This document shows positions 12,867 to 27,462 of a DNA stretch of 64,000 nucleotides, one piece after another. Under the pieces are notes generated by a model that was given only the letters and a program-made list of their open reading frames with translations, made no database searches and was not told where the DNA came from. This DNA comes from Octopus vulgaris (lineage: Eukaryota), in contig OX597830.1 in NCBI GenBank assembly GCA_951406725.2, positions 38,626,001 to 38,690,000 of the forward strand. Reading direction: 5' to 3'. Positions within the stretch are counted from its first letter, which is position 1, and every line of letters begins with the position of its first letter. Position numbers and translations under genes: made by a program.

Positions 12867-14661
12867 CAAGCACACAGTCACAAAGACACTTTGTATATAG
12901 GATCGATGAGAAAACATGCTTTAGATAAGGAAATTATATAAAAAGAGATTCAATATCCTACTTGTGGAGTAGCGATGTAAACACGAAATAAACGGACACG
13001 CTGGTGGAAAAAGTTAATTAAAACGTCTAAGAACACACTTTCATCGTTTTTGTGTTAGATTAAATTATTTATGTTTTGTAATATTTACTGGTCCTCCACT
13101 TTTTGTATTTATTATTCCGCATATTTTTTTAAATGCTTGCTCTCTAAAATTTCATTTTATGTAATTATTATGACTATTATTGTACTCAAATGTGAGTTAC
13201 GTTATTCATTTTTATTCGATAAAAAGGTGTTTTTTTTATGCTATTAAATTTCGTAAGTTGTCAATCGTAGAATCGACAAGATTCCAATAACTTCGAAATT
13301 ACATAAAATCCTATTTAATAAGTTCTACATATTTATTTGGGAATATAGAAAATTAAATTCACAATACTGCGTAGAAAAAACTTGTAATCATTTGTACTGT
13401 TCAAAAAGTCCATTTGAGTGTGAAGATCGGGCGCGAAACTAGCAGAAACAATTTTGGAAGTTTAACCACTTCAAAGCAACTCTATATTTTACACATCCTT
13501 TGATATTCATGTAGTGCTTCTTCCACCTCATTTTGCAGACACACACGCAAGCACGCACACACAAACACACACGCATGAGCGCAAGCACACACAGTCACAC
13601 ACATATATACGTGGGCATGCGTGTGTGAGTGCGTGTAAATGTGTGAATGTGTGTGTGTGTAATTGTGTGCGTGTGTGTGCACAGGCATATGCAAACATAT
13701 GATTTTATGTATGGAATAGTATATGTAAATCTGTTAATATATATCGGTATGGATTTTTTAGTGAGTGCTTTTGGGACTTATGTATCTGTGTATCCGAGCG
13801 TGCATAATTGCATGTAAGTGGATGTGGGCGTGTGTGTGTGTGTGTGTGTGTGTGAGGACACACACATTCTTTGCAGACACCGAACTAATAGAATGATTCC
13901 ATTAATTTCAATATCAAATATTTCAGTATTTGTACTCTCAACGCATTGGTTTCCCAAATAGACAACATTCATGTGAATATATATTTCTTCCTATATTCAA
14001 ATTTTATTGACATTGAAATGGATAGACTTTCGTAGAATAATTTACAGACTTATAGAAGTATATATTCGCATCTAAACTCAAGATCATAGAAATAGTCTAG
14101 ATTACTCTAATTCCATATTCATGTGTCTTTAGATTCATGCCCAGGGAAGACAATATGAATACTGTCTAGTAGTCTATTTACATATATCTTTAGCTTTATA
14201 TCCAGAGTAGAGAGAACAAGTTCTCTGCAGAATATTTACATGTTTCCTTTGATTCTTAACTAGAGGGAAGAAATTTTGTTGACGCTATCCAACAGTATAC
14301 ATTTTGTTTCTTTTTTTAGATTCAAATCACGATGAGATATCATCTAAGCAGTCTAGTATTCGACAGACATCATTCTTATTAGTTTCTCTTCTAGGGAGGA
14401 CAAAATATAATCTGTATTGTTTAATACGAATGCTTCTTTAGGCAAATACCTATCGAAACACATGAATAATTCAAGTTTTGAAGACATGTTTCTCTACATT
14501 CAAAACCATCTGTGACATAAATATTTTATCGCATGCGAACGTGTTACTAAGTGCCATTGTTTCAGTTTTTATGTATGTCAGTGATTGCGGAGAAGAAATA
14601 TTCGCAGTGTCGAAATCGTTAAAGTTTGTGCAAACATCAACATATTTGGATTAAATAGTAT

Positions 14662-14958
14662 TTTTCTATTCTGTTATTCTTTTGTTTCAATGATTTGACT
14701 GCGGTTATGCTGGAGCATAGCCTTTTAGTCGAATGCATGGACCCCAGGATTTTTTCTTTGTTAGCCTAACACTTATTCTATCGGTCTCTTTTGCCGAACC
14801 GCTTGATAACGGAGGTGTCAACATATCAATATCAGTTGTCAATGAAGCGATAGTAAAAGGATAAGCATATACATAAATGTACATATTATATATATATATA
14901 TATATGTGTGTGTGAGTGTGTGAGTGTGTGTGTGTGTGTGCGTGTGCGTAAGTGTGTG

Positions 14959-15012
<54 letters not shown>

Positions 15013-15120
15013 CATGTATGTATATATATATATATAAAATACTTGCTAAAGGTGCCACGCAGTGGGACTAAACCTGGAACAACGTTGTTGGAAAGCAAGC
15101 TACTTACCACTCCTGTGCCT
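14662..15120 (-). mobile_element. SINE family A
   Basis: Reverse complement of the family A tail (tttgactgcgg..atgctggagca), body and head (ggtgccacgcagtgggact..gcaagctacttaccac). Confidence 0.8.
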
Positions 15121-15261
15121 GTTCATGTCTGCTTATTTTCAATATGGAAGAAAATAAGCGGACATCAATATCAATTCGCATCAATAGTCAATAAAATTTT
15201 ATATTCAGAAATCTATGCAAATAGAGGAAGCTAGTCTAGTTAGATACTTTGATAAATCTCG

Positions 15262-15640
15262 ATCAGAAACTGCTGAAGTCAATGAATAACAAACTAGCAC
15301 CGCATGGAAAAGATATTAAATTAGAGTTCATTTTACAGTCATTTTTTGATGCAGCATAGCCCATCCGACTGAAGTTGTTATCGTTAGGCCTAACTCATCG
15401 TAAAGTAAATACCACTATGGCCGATATCCAAACTACAGTGGAAAAGGCTAGCCATTGGATTTGGTTAAAAAGAGACGATAAGCGACGGCAAGAAGAACTT
15501 GAGCTTTATTTGATAACTAGTTGATCTAGCAAGCGGAGCCTCATGTCCCTGAGTGGGGCCGACGCGCGTTGATGCCGTCGTGAGGTGCGTATTCTCTTCT
15601 GATGACCCCATACACTTGCTGGCTTCCGGTATGCGGGTTT
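15262..15640 (+). mobile_element. HERO-like RLE LINE 3' end and 3' UTR
   Basis: LGLTHRKVNTTMADIQTTVEKASHWIWLKRDD fits the HERO C-terminal AEKASxWLWLKR motif; GC-rich UTR follows. Confidence 0.6.
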
Positions 15641-15649
15641 CTCGACTGG

Positions 15650-16045
15650 TAACATTTGGATATGCAAGTCGTTTGCAAAACAACATATATAGGTCTATAT
15701 GCTTTAACTGGAATTTGGAGGTATTCGTCCAGGAACAGTTTGAATATTATGAGGACTTATTCTACGCTTACCTGTCTTGGCATGTTGTTCACGAAGGCAG
15801 GGCCACTGGAAGTGAAGTATATTACAATTTTAGTGTTGTGATTTGACAGGAGCATGATTATTCTTGATGACCATTGGCACAGGGACTAAACCTTGGGAAA
15901 ATTTTTAATTTGATGCCAAAATCATTTAGGCTAAAATGTTGAAGTATTTTCCACATCATACAAATGCTATAGTGCTCACGGCAGCGTTGAAGGAGATAAC
16001 ATTCGAGCCTCACATAGTGATCCCAATATTCAAAACTTGTCATGT
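15650..16045 (-). mobile_element. CR1-group LINE ORF2 C-terminal fragment
   Basis: YWDHYVRLECYLLQRCREHYSICMMWKIL (YWDRL..L..LQRRRERY..WKI motif), then FTSSGPAFVNNMP..FKLFLDEYL. Confidence 0.7.
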
Positions 16046-17491
16046 TATCACTGTATTTTATATCACTGGAGTTTTTAAAAAAATTTTATAATATATATCT
16101 ATTTTGTGTAGGGGAACCACTGCAGACAGCAGTATTGAAGGTGAGAATAGTTGAATGTGGAGAAGAGAATGATAATGATACGAGTGTATCTTAAACGGAA
16201 GATCCAAGGTATGCTAAGTTTAACATGAGTACGAAAACAATAATTAAGTTCGATTTATGATCTAAAGTAAACGATACACTTCATCTATATATTCAAAGGC
16301 ACGTATTCAATTAATTATTAAATGAGAGAGAGAGAATAATGCTCCAAATTTCATTAAAAAAGCTCTTCGTTATTCGGTCTACCATGACGCAAATTTGACC
16401 TAGCTAGAACGGATCTCTCTCTCTCTATCTCTCTCACTTTTTCGCTCTGTTTCACCCTATATGAATGCATGTATGCTTGTTTATATGTATGTATGTATGT
16501 GCGCATGTATGTTTGGTTGTGTAGCTGTGTATGTGTCTGTGTGGTTGTGTGTGTGCGCATATATATATGTATAAATATTTAGATGTGTGGGGGTTTGTAT
16601 TTGTAGGGATTTGTGCGAATAGTGTCCTCTGTGGCCTATCCAACCAAATGAAGTCTGGAGTATGATATATGTTTGCACAGTTTCCATCTGGATATACAAG
16701 AGTACCCATGAACCCCTAGATATTTGATATTAATTTTAAATTTTAACTTTAAACTACAGTTAAATCATTTATACGTATACCCACATGTATGTATGATTTT
16801 GTTGTGTAAAATTGAAGACTGTCAATGAATGAAATATCCAGTGTTATTTATTGAAACATTAGACACCCATAAATTATGCTGATACTAAATGGAGACTGTT
16901 CAGCTTATGCCCCAAAGAGCAAATATTGATGTCAATGCATTTCGATATTGAAGATTTTTGAAGTCACGAATATACGAAAAATTATATTCCGTAAACTATA
17001 GTGAAGCCTCGGGGACTAAATATCAATGTAATGCATTATTAGGATTACTTTCTCAAAGAGCATTAAAGTAAATCAGTGTTGATTTGTGCAACGATTTAAA
17101 ATACATTTCTTTGACATTGACGCAGTTCTAAATTTATATAATTTCTAATGGCTGATAGATTTCTCGATGCTGCAGTCAAAGCGTAGTGTTTCTGACACTT
17201 TGATCTTTCTAGTGTTTTTATTTTCTAAGTATCTGTATTGTGCGATATATCATGTATAAACTGTCTTCCTGAAATCGGCGCTCCATATCAGCAGTACTGA
17301 CGCTTTAAATATAATATGAAATCGATATATTTGAAGGTACGTCAACAAGTACTATTTATTCAAGGAATGAGTAATATTGATCTCTATAAAATAATATTTG
17401 CTCCCGTTTGATACTTTTGAAACGTTCGTCCTTTCAATTTCTGGGATATTATGCTGAACAGAGTATCATTCTTTCTACTGATTCTACACAA

Positions 17492-17555
<64 letters not shown>

Positions 17556-18291
17556 TTGTGCACATTTTGTGTTAAAGTGTTAGAGAGCTTATGATGTGTC
17601 ATTTATCACCGAGCAAAATATATATTCCAGGACTTTCTCTTCCTTTCTTTCTCTATCAAAGTATAAATGCATATATACTATCTCTCTTTCTCCCACCCTC
17701 TCTCTCTCTCTAGCTTTATGTATATATATGATTCCCCAACATGGCCACAGACTAATGACTGGAACAAGTAAAAGATGAAAGATATATATATCTGGGATTT
17801 TATGTTATTCTTATGTTAGATAGATAGATAAATAGATAGACAGATAGATAGATAGATATATAGATTGATAGATAGATAGATTTATATGTGGGACATTTCG
17901 AACTAAATTTCTAGGTATATAAATATAAAAATCCAGAATGCAGTGTGTCTTGTTTGTTGCGGTATGTATTCGAGTTTTTGCATTTATATGTCAATAGTGA
18001 TTCTCGTTGATGATCCATAGAATGTTTAATGCATTGATGAACTAATTAATTAAGTAAGTAATTAAGTAATTAATCAATTTAATGCATTTAATCTTTAAGG
18101 GCGACACTTCGGAGCAGAGAGATGTGACTAATCATTTTTGAATTCTCTCAAATGTTTCTACCGGCCTACATTCCACGTGCTAAATTAAGAATAGCTTCTT
18201 CATTGTTTGGGATTTAACTCCCATTTTTAGCATGAGGGAAACCCACTCTGTGGCTTCCCCTTAGTGTATAACTTTTATACATACATACATA

Positions 18292-18324
<33 letters not shown>

Positions 18325-18330
<6 letters not shown>

Positions 18331-18534
18331 ACGCACGTTGTTGTCGAGTGGTACCCGCGTGAGCGGAAGGACCACCCGGAGGACCTCCACGACGGTGGAG
18401 TGACGATTTCAAGAGAACGATTGGGATCACGTGGATGAGAAAGGCGCGATCCAGGGGTGGGGGTGTACAGCGTGCTGTGACCAGCGGTGTCAAATGGACG
18501 CCTGACGGACTGGTCGGTCAAGGTGATCAAGATG

Positions 18535-18535
<1 letters not shown>
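18325..18535 (+). mobile_element. 5'-truncated RTE-1-like LINE 3' end inserted in (TA)n
   Basis: RWTHVVVEWYPRERK/RPPGGPPRRWSDDFKRTIGITWMRKAR is a typical RTE C-terminus; GC-rich; flanked by (TA)n on both sides. Confidence 0.75.
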
Positions 18536-18584
<49 letters not shown>

Positions 18585-19325
18585 AATGTTCGTCTTCATG
18601 TTCATGCGGCTATGTGTGTAAGTATTTATATATGTACGTATGTATCTAACTACATTTAATTCTTAGCTCCCCACCCCCGCCGTCCCTTAATATGTATTTC
18701 TTACGATTTTTCTATAAATTCTGATTTTTTTAGTTCTTATTTTGGTATGTTTCTCCTGTATCATTTAGGTTCTACCCTTATATCGTTAAATAATATATGG
18801 TATTAATTTTTTTTATTTTTGCATTCCTATTTACCTTCGCTTATACTGATATGGCAATCTATGAAGCGTTGAGCATGTTGCCTCTCATCCTCGCACACAT
18901 GCAGGCTACGATGTGGCTCAGTATGGTTCTTAAATTGTTAGTTTTCATGTTCATAAACTGATATTTTCAGCTACTTCTGTTTACGCCAAATAAATTATAC
19001 TACTCACAGCATGGATTTCTTCCATCCTCATGCACTTTTAAAAAATTTAACAAAAATTATGCCAATGTATGTTGTCTGTTGAAATTCTATATCTGTGCAA
19101 CTGAAGATAGCACTGCATTTAAAATTGATGTAATGATTGCAGTGTTTAATTAAATGGGGTTGCTTGAAACGGTGGTAATGCATTACTACTTGAAAACCTG
19201 TTACTGATTTTTATTTTAATCACCCTACTTCGAGATGAACGGCTAATACCGGGCTGACTTAGTTCAACTGAATATATATTTACACACACACTCACGCACA
19301 CACACACCCATACACAAACACCCCC

Positions 19326-19373
<48 letters not shown>

Positions 19374-19692
19374 ATGTGTGTGTGTGTGTGTGTGTGTGCA
19401 TGTATATATATATATATATGTATATATATATACATACATACATTATATATGTAAATATGCATGTATACAGATCTAGACAAGATGAATATATTCCACGTTA
19501 CTCTCTATCTTTCTTTCTTTCTTTTTCTCTCTCTTATCCTTTTACTCTGTGCATATATATGTGTGTGTGTGACGGCTTGTCAATGATTGTATGTGCGTGT
19601 TTACATACGTATATTCATACACATATGTGTGTGCATTGTGCGTGCGTAGAGAGTGAGGGATTGAGAGAGAAAGAAAGAAAGAAAGATAGACG

Positions 19693-19839
<147 letters not shown>

Positions 19840-20379
19840 TAACAGTGAAATCCTATGAAATTAAATGGTACTTGAATTTCACCTGCATTGCATTTGTAGA
19901 CAGTGTATTTTAACATTTTCCAGGAATATTGATATTACTTCATATATGCTTCATAGAAGCCATTTGAGCAAACAGTTTTAATTGCTTTTTCTAAATTGTT
20001 ATATGAGAAAAACATAAATAATTGGCAATCTGAGACTTACACAATAAAATCAATTCATGAGTGTTAGTATAAACTTTCATGCAAAAAGCTAACATGTAGA
20101 TTCTATAATTGCCATTATGTTCGTAGTCGGACGTGAAGATTGTGATGTGTCCATTTCTGAAAATAAATACTGCTCATTGATGACTGGCTTTAAAATATGC
20201 ACAACACTTTAGTCTAGAGCGATGTTCGTTATAACATTACGGCTTCGTGAAATATTAATAAAATTAATGTTGACAATCAAAGCAATAAATGGTGCTCAAA
20301 TATTTCTTTGCTGATATCTCTAATGATTCTGGGGTGAAATATTGAAAATCAGGCGAAAGCGTAGTAAGTGGTAAAATCT

Positions 20380-21540
20380 TTGATCAAACAGTCTTCAGTG
20401 CTGCATCGGCAGGATTCCTACCCGTCTCCTACCAGATTCCTGTGGAGCTCATTTAATTTACCATAATCCAGTTTCATAGAGTCACATTATGCTTCCTCTA
20501 TTGTTGTCAGCTATAAAATAAGCAATATGATTATTGCCTGTGGTTTCATCTTTTTGGATCAGGTACTACAAGTATAAGTCAATGTGTATGAAGCTCTTGA
20601 ACGTAAGTTACAGGAATGTTTTTTAACCTAATCCAACCTTTTGTGTAAATATTACGTTCCATTTATGTGCACGTGTAATAACATTACGGATTTTTTTAGT
20701 GTGTACTTTTAAAAATAATTGTGCTGCCTTGAGCGAAGAACCTCTAATACAATTTAAACATTTGTGATGAAGTGGAAATTTACCATGAATACAAGACTAC
20801 ACACATATGAAACTCTTGGCTGAGTGGCTTTTCATTCATGTGCTTTAAGGCAAAAGACACCCGTATTGTGCTTGGATACTTATCTGAAACCTAACGCCCA
20901 AATAGTGTTGTGTTTGCAAGGTAAAATTATAAATTTTCAAGCCTTAAAAATGTACTGACTTCGCAGTTACTATCACAAACGAGTGATAATATTCTAGCTA
21001 TAAATGAAGAAACTAGCGGAGTGCGTAGTGAAGAGAAAATACAGAAATCATTGACGGCTATCGTGAGGAATCCACTGTGCGCAGCTATGCAATGTATTTC
21101 CTAAACACCTATAATTTGGGTATCATACCTCCTTCATGGTTTACCTTAAGAAAGGGGGCATTGCAATGATTTGAAGCAATTAAAATCAGGATAATGGGTG
21201 CGGTAATAGAAGAATAATTTCAATAACCAATTGATACGAACGCATGATTAAGGTGACAATGTTACAGAAGTCGAGTAATATGGAAATCAATCTATTGCAC
21301 AAATTAGTTAGCTCAAACCTTATGACACCACTTTGTCATTCCCATTCATTCTTACTTAATTAGAGTTCTAGATAGAGTAGCTTCCGCAACATCAGTGAGT
21401 AAATCTCAATGCTACTAATTGAGTAAATGCCTTTCTCTTCATAACTGATTTATGTGTGGACAATGTTCGATGGAAAATTTTACCTTCGCACTGACTACAC
21501 TGCTTATTGAAGGTAAAAAACAAAATGTCGAATAATGTCG
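20380..21540 (+). mobile_element. Decayed Helitron Rep/Hel, PIF1-family helicase relic
   Basis: EALERKLQE; YAMYFLNTYNLGIIPP..KG.IAMI*SN*NQDNGCGN (EFLNS..GLPPH.L.LK.G...MLLRN..GLCNG); FPFILT..RVASATSVSKSQ (FPVRLAFAMTINKSQ); colinear but full of frameshifts. Confidence 0.65.
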
Positions 21541-21614
21541 AAAACATTTTGGGCTTTCAGAATTTTGCTTGTGACACAATATCACATAATTTATGTTACC
21601 AAGTATTGAGTTCT

Positions 21615-21770
21615 TATAAAACATTATAAAAATTAAGTTCTTACATAATTATATATTCTTATATAATTAAATATCAAATTATTATATAATTGTAATTAAA
21701 TCATTATAAAAATTAGATTCTTATATAATTTTATATTCTAATATAATTATATATTAAATTCTTATATACT
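21615..21770. repeat. AT-rich degenerate minisatellite
   Basis: Recurrent ttcttatataatt / attataaaaatta units. Confidence 0.6.
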
Positions 21771-22203
21771 TTCTATCGGATTCCATGAACTTTGTACGCA
21801 TCATCATCGTTTAAAAGGAGAGTAAGATATACTTACACACATATCACGCACGTGCACTCAAACGTATACACATATATACACACTCACACACAAACACATA
21901 CGCACACGCAAATGAACCCACACATACACACACATACCTCCTTTTCTTGCACTCTTCTGTCTTTAAAATAACTTTTTCTTCAGCTCATTTCAATATGTGA
22001 CCGCGTGTGTATCGTTGGCGATTTTCTTTCTCCGTCTTCCCTTCTTTGCATTTTTTCTATATTTCTGTTGAAGAGTTTCGCTCGAAATCCTTTCTTTTCT
22101 TTCCTTTCCTGAGCGTCCAATAACACTGTACTTATTCCATGCCCTCGCGTTGTTACTTTTTCTTGCTTGATCATGTTTGTATCGATTATATATAAATAAA
22201 TAA

Positions 22204-22283
<80 letters not shown>

Positions 22284-23287
22284 TTATATATATATATATG
22301 TGTGTGTGTGCGTTACTAATGTTAAAGAAAATGTTTGTATTTTATGGCCGGGGGCCGATTAGAAGCTAGCAGTTTTCATTATTCTCGAAAATTTTGTTTT
22401 TACGTAAAACAAGGAAACAATATAAAGATGGATTCGCATCAGTACACATTTGCATGAACATTATGATCATGGATCAGTGCATATAGTGTATGAATGTGTA
22501 TTTTATATAAATACACGTATCATTTTTTAATGACTTATCTATCTATAAATATATTATTTCAAATGTTAGCGTGAAGATTATTTTTTATTTTTAAGATTTT
22601 AATCCCAAAGATATGATAAAATTGATTTGTTCAGAGTTTTCAAATTAAAAAGCAAGTACCTATTTCAATTAAGTAACACTATCAGATTGAGATTATTAGC
22701 ATTTAATTATATTCCATCTGGCTCAATTAGATATCATCAATGAAATATAATTTAATCTTTATGCAGACTAAATGTTCTTGTTTTCTATTATTAATTACAA
22801 TAGATATATCATGCTATTCGTGAAATATCTCAAAATTCGGAATATCAAGTATATTTCCATAAAATCGATGTGATTCAAGCCACGTGAATACAGATATTTA
22901 AAAGTAACATTTTAGAAATATTCTGTGTTATTCTGTGTTATTCTTGCTATTGATTGACGCAGGTCAGCCATGGCAGTGACCACCATTGAAGTTTATTGTG
23001 TAAAATTCGTTTTAATGTGCCTCACCTTTGCCTAACATAATATGATATTCCTTGGAGGTTTCTATTTCTAGCAGTGTGAATACTCCTACGCCTAGTCCCG
23101 TTTACTTCCAGTGTCATGTAAATCTCTTTCGCACTCATACTGCGTGCCCTAGATGTGTGATCATGTACCGCTTATTCATTTATTCTTTTATAAATTCTGT
23201 TTGATTTTAGAATAAGCAGAGTGCCAGACAAAATATCTAGTTACTTTACGTTTACACTCTAGGTTTAATTGTTCATCAATATAAATA

Positions 23288-23515
23288 AACGTTCCTTCTC
23301 GAGCCATGTCAGGCTCACAATGGCCGGTTTCCGGTTTCAGTGGCGTAGAAATTCCCCACCTGGACGGGACGACGGTCCGTCGCAGGATTACTCAGTTTTA
23401 CCAGATGAGTGGACTGAAGCAACGTGAAATGAAGTGTTTTGCTCAAGAACACAACGCATCGCCCAGTCCAGCAATCGGAACCACAACATTGCGATCATGA
23501 GTTCAACACCCGAAT
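23288..23515 (-). mobile_element. SINE family C (V-domain-like tail)
   Basis: Reverse complement contains cctgcgacggaccgtcgtcccgtccaggtgggg..gaaaccggaaaccggcc..ctcgagaaggaac and a head like 63895-64000. Confidence 0.75.
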
Positions 23516-23539
23516 AAGTAAATCATGTTCATCATTATA

Positions 23540-23765
23540 GAAGGGATAAAAGATGACAAGATAGTAGGATCGTTAGTACACCGGACAAAATGACTAGTGG
23601 TATTTTGTCCGCCTGTACGTTCTGAGTTCAGAATCCCATCGAGGTCGGCTCTGGCTTTCGTCCTTCCGGAGGGTAAAATAAATACCAACCAATTACTGGG
23701 GTCAATGTAATCAATTCCCCCTTCTCTGAAAATTGCTGTCACTCTATCAAAATTTAAAACCTTCA
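23540..23765 (+). mobile_element. SINE family B
   Basis: tcgttagtacaccggacaaaatg..gttctgagttca..gaggtcg..ctttcgtccttccgg..taaaataaatacca..ctggggtcaatgtaatc. Confidence 0.75.
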
Positions 23766-24439
23766 TGAAAAGAAAAGAAACAGTTTACTTATCTTTTAAG
23801 GAAATGCGGTATTTAAAACGAGTAACTGTTCTTCTGTATGAATGTGATATCGATGTAGAATCGAATACAAAACAAGTCCTTATATCAATAACACTGCAAC
23901 TCTTCTTCGTCCCTACAACTGTTTCTTCTTTATTGCTAATCATTTCACCTCAACTACGAGCAATGCTATTTCAGTCGTGCAGTAGGTTAATGTATTGTCT
24001 CGCTACTTGATATCCAGTAAAACAATGCCACGACTTCAGCTGTGTAATATTTCAGATGATCCCCAAATGCTATTTCTCACCTCACGAGCTGTGGTAATGT
24101 TTCAAAATAAGTATCCACTGCATCTGGCAATGAGAAACAAAAAACGCCTCATCTTCCATTGCGGTCAGTCTGTCCCGCCTTCAAGCATCAACACCATACT
24201 CATAATAATAATATAACAACACTATACATACTGAATTCCATATCCTCTATATTTATACAGCAAAATCAGGACAAATTCACTATTGTAACTAATTCATATT
24301 TCCTTACATATATTGATTTTTAGCAGTGGAATCATGCCAAGAATTTCAATTGATAAGATTCTTCGTCATTTGAATGGATGCCAGTACAAAACTTTTATAC
24401 CTTGAGCCAAAGCAAGATCATCAATGCGCCCACTCGACC

Positions 24440-24775
24440 TGATCGCTTTTGCTTTTCTTTTGTTACTACGATCAGGCATTGGACTGCGGCCATGCTGGGG
24501 ACCTTCCTTGTATAGCTGAAGCAAAGAAATCGAATACAGTACTTATTGTAATGTTTTGTAATTGTTTTTATTGGTTACTGAAGCAGAACCGCTAAGGTAT
24601 GAGAACGTAAACAAACCAGCACCACTTATGAAGCGAAGGTAGAGGACAAAAATAACACACAAACACGAAAACACATTTAGATATACGCACATGGGTGTGT
24701 GCTTATGTGTGTGTGTGTGTGTGTAATAGAATAAAATGCCCCAGATACTGTGCACTTGAATTGAACTTATGATTA
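24440..24775 (-). mobile_element. Degraded SINE family A
   Basis: gactgcggccatgctgg..gcagaaccgctaag..gtaaacaaaccagca matches the reverse complement of family A. Confidence 0.6.
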
Positions 24776-24921
24776 GGAAGGACTCATGATTAGGAAGGAC
24801 TCTAAAGTACACTTCATATTTCCACACTTCCACTAATAAAATAAACCTCACCTGATTAAATTCCAACGCCAAAACGGTAACCATGCTGTTCATGTAATCC
24901 TACAGTTCTGCATGTTTTATT

Positions 24922-25327
24922 GACGTAAGGAGTGGCTGTGTGGTAAGTAGCTTGTTTACCAACCACATGGTTCCGGGTTCAGTCCCACTGCGTAGCAACT
25001 TGGGCAAGTGTTTTCTACTATAGCCTCGGGCCGACCAAAGCCTTGTGAGTGGATTTGGTAGACGGAAACTGAATGAAGCCCGTCGTGTATATGTATATAT
25101 GTATATGCGTCTGTGTGTTTGTCCCCCTAGCATTGCTTGACAACCGATGCTGGTGTGTTTATATCCCCGTTACCTAGCGGTTCTGCAAAAGGGACCGATA
25201 GAATAAGTACTGGGCTTACAAAAGAATAAGTCCCAGGGTCGAGTTGCTCGATTAAAGGCGGTGCTCCAGCATGGCCGCAGTCAAATGACTGAAACAAGAA
25301 AAAGAGTAAAAGAGTAAAAGAGTAAAG
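24922..25327 (+). mobile_element. Full-length tRNA-derived SINE, family A
   Basis: A box tggctgtgtggtaag, B box ggttcagtccc, internal microsatellite, tail ccagcatggccgcagtcaaatgactgaaaca(agagtaaa)n; near-identical to 45303-45716. Confidence 0.9.
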
Positions 25328-25910
25328 GAAAGACAAAATTGAGCACCAACCATTCTACCAGTAGCATTTGAAAAGAGATCTCAAAGAACTTAATTTCGTA
25401 TTGCAATATATAAAATTTAAAGCTCTAACTGTTTTCTAACTTTCTATCAGCTATTTAAATATAAACATAGTTTACAACAGAAAAGTTTACGTATAACAAG
25501 AAGATACACAAATAATTGACATAATTCATTTATCTTTACTAATTAATAGCTAAGTCGTATTACTTAGAGCTGTACTTTAACGACATATATCAAAATAACC
25601 ACCTGCGATGTAGAAGTGTTAGAAAATGTTTGAATTATACCTCTACACGTCAGTGTTTTCACAATATTTACTGAAACACGAAAAGACGCAAATATGTATT
25701 ACCACACATACACACACACACTCTCACACATACAAACACAAACACACGTATACAGTATATATATATATATATATATCCGTATAAATATAAACTTTATAAA
25801 TTTATATATACGCGTGTGAATATATACACATACATACATGCATACTTACATACATAGATACATACATACGTATATGCATACATACATACATACATACATA
25901 CATACATACA

Positions 25911-25943
<33 letters not shown>

Positions 25944-26156
25944 GTGTGTGTACGAGTGTATGTAGGAATTTATGTAGTAAAAAATACAGAAACTATAGCT
26001 AGAATGTTTTTCTGATTTTGCTTCATCTATCATACTCATGTCCAGTACAGTTGGTGCGTTTTCTTCGGTTTTAGTAGTTCCAGTAGCTAATTAAATATTT
26101 TGTAATATATCGTGTCATTCTGTACACTTTAATACCATATATATATGTATATGTAC

Positions 26157-26243
<87 letters not shown>

Positions 26244-26488
26244 TATATACATACATATATGTTATTGTTTTTATGTTTTCGTTTCTCATTGTGTTCAACG
26301 TTTTTTGATGTCCTGTACACATATATGCATGTATATATACATATATATGTAGGTATGTACATATATGTATGTATATATGCATATATTCATATATTATTTA
26401 TATTATTATATGATGGAACGCCACGCATCCTTTTCTAAGTACGGTCTATTTATCTATCTATTTATAAATAAATATATATATATATGAT

Positions 26489-26577
26489 AAATCTCAGAGC
26501 GAGTTATAAACAGTAGCGGTAACACATCGTGTTGCATATTTGCCATTTGAATATGGCTACCCCATAAGGGTGGATGA
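26489..26577 (-). repeat. Diverged single-arm copy of the 9716-10020 fold-back family, between (TA)n runs
   Basis: aatctcagagcgag..aacagtagc..aacacat..tttgcca.tt.aat.tggcta.cccataagggtggatg is the reverse complement of about 9933-10020. Confidence 0.7.
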
Positions 26578-27376
26578 TATACATATATATATAAGGTTAA
26601 AGACACGTTTAAAAAATGTAATTTTATGGCATATAAGCCCCAGTAATGGCAAAATGCATCTGAACCCGTGGCGATTGAATTTCAATTAAACCAAGTTACC
26701 CACATTTTCCCGATATATTTGGGAAATACGATTTCGTAGCCTTCGATATTTGAACTTCTGAGTTTTACAGGATCTAGGAGAAGATGGCGAGTGACATTTT
26801 GGAAGTACAAGTATAAGCCTTTATCCTATATTGACTACACAAAATAATCTAATGTTAGGGCACATAAAATGTTCTAGACTATGTGAAGTGTAAAATTTGT
26901 GGGTGTGTTGGTGTAATTTGCTAGTACACTTATCTCAAAATATGAGCTTTGGGTGCGTTTCCAACAATACCAATGTCTTTATTTTTTACTTAACGTGGTA
27001 AGGCATTGCTTATATATTCACGACCTCCGCGGGAATTAGATAACCTTCAACCCGTCGTGCCCAAATGTTACCTGAACTGGTGTTAAAATAGGAGGTGGTT
27101 AACGTTTTCCAACCTGTTACATCTTACTGGGATTTCACCCATTAATCAAAAGCACCGGAAGATAAATTTTTTGATGCACTTAAGTTAGCGATGATCCAGG
27201 TCCTAATTTCATACTTTTGTTTCCTAACGACCTCTCAAACATGATTACTGTAATGCAATTTATCGGAAGTTCTAACGATTCTGCCACTTAGATTTTCCTC
27301 CTAAATGCGAGTGTGCGTGAACATACATACACGTCTGTGTGTGCGCATGCCTATGTGTATGTATTTATGCCTATCT

Positions 27377-27462
<86 letters not shown>

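Noticed and set aside
15596-15625. CTGATGA in the HERO-like 3' UTR
   Set aside because: No downstream GAAA box or flanking stems found
26590-27300. Possible MITE or DNA-transposon remnant between microsatellites
   Set aside because: Could not define matching TIRs or a TSD
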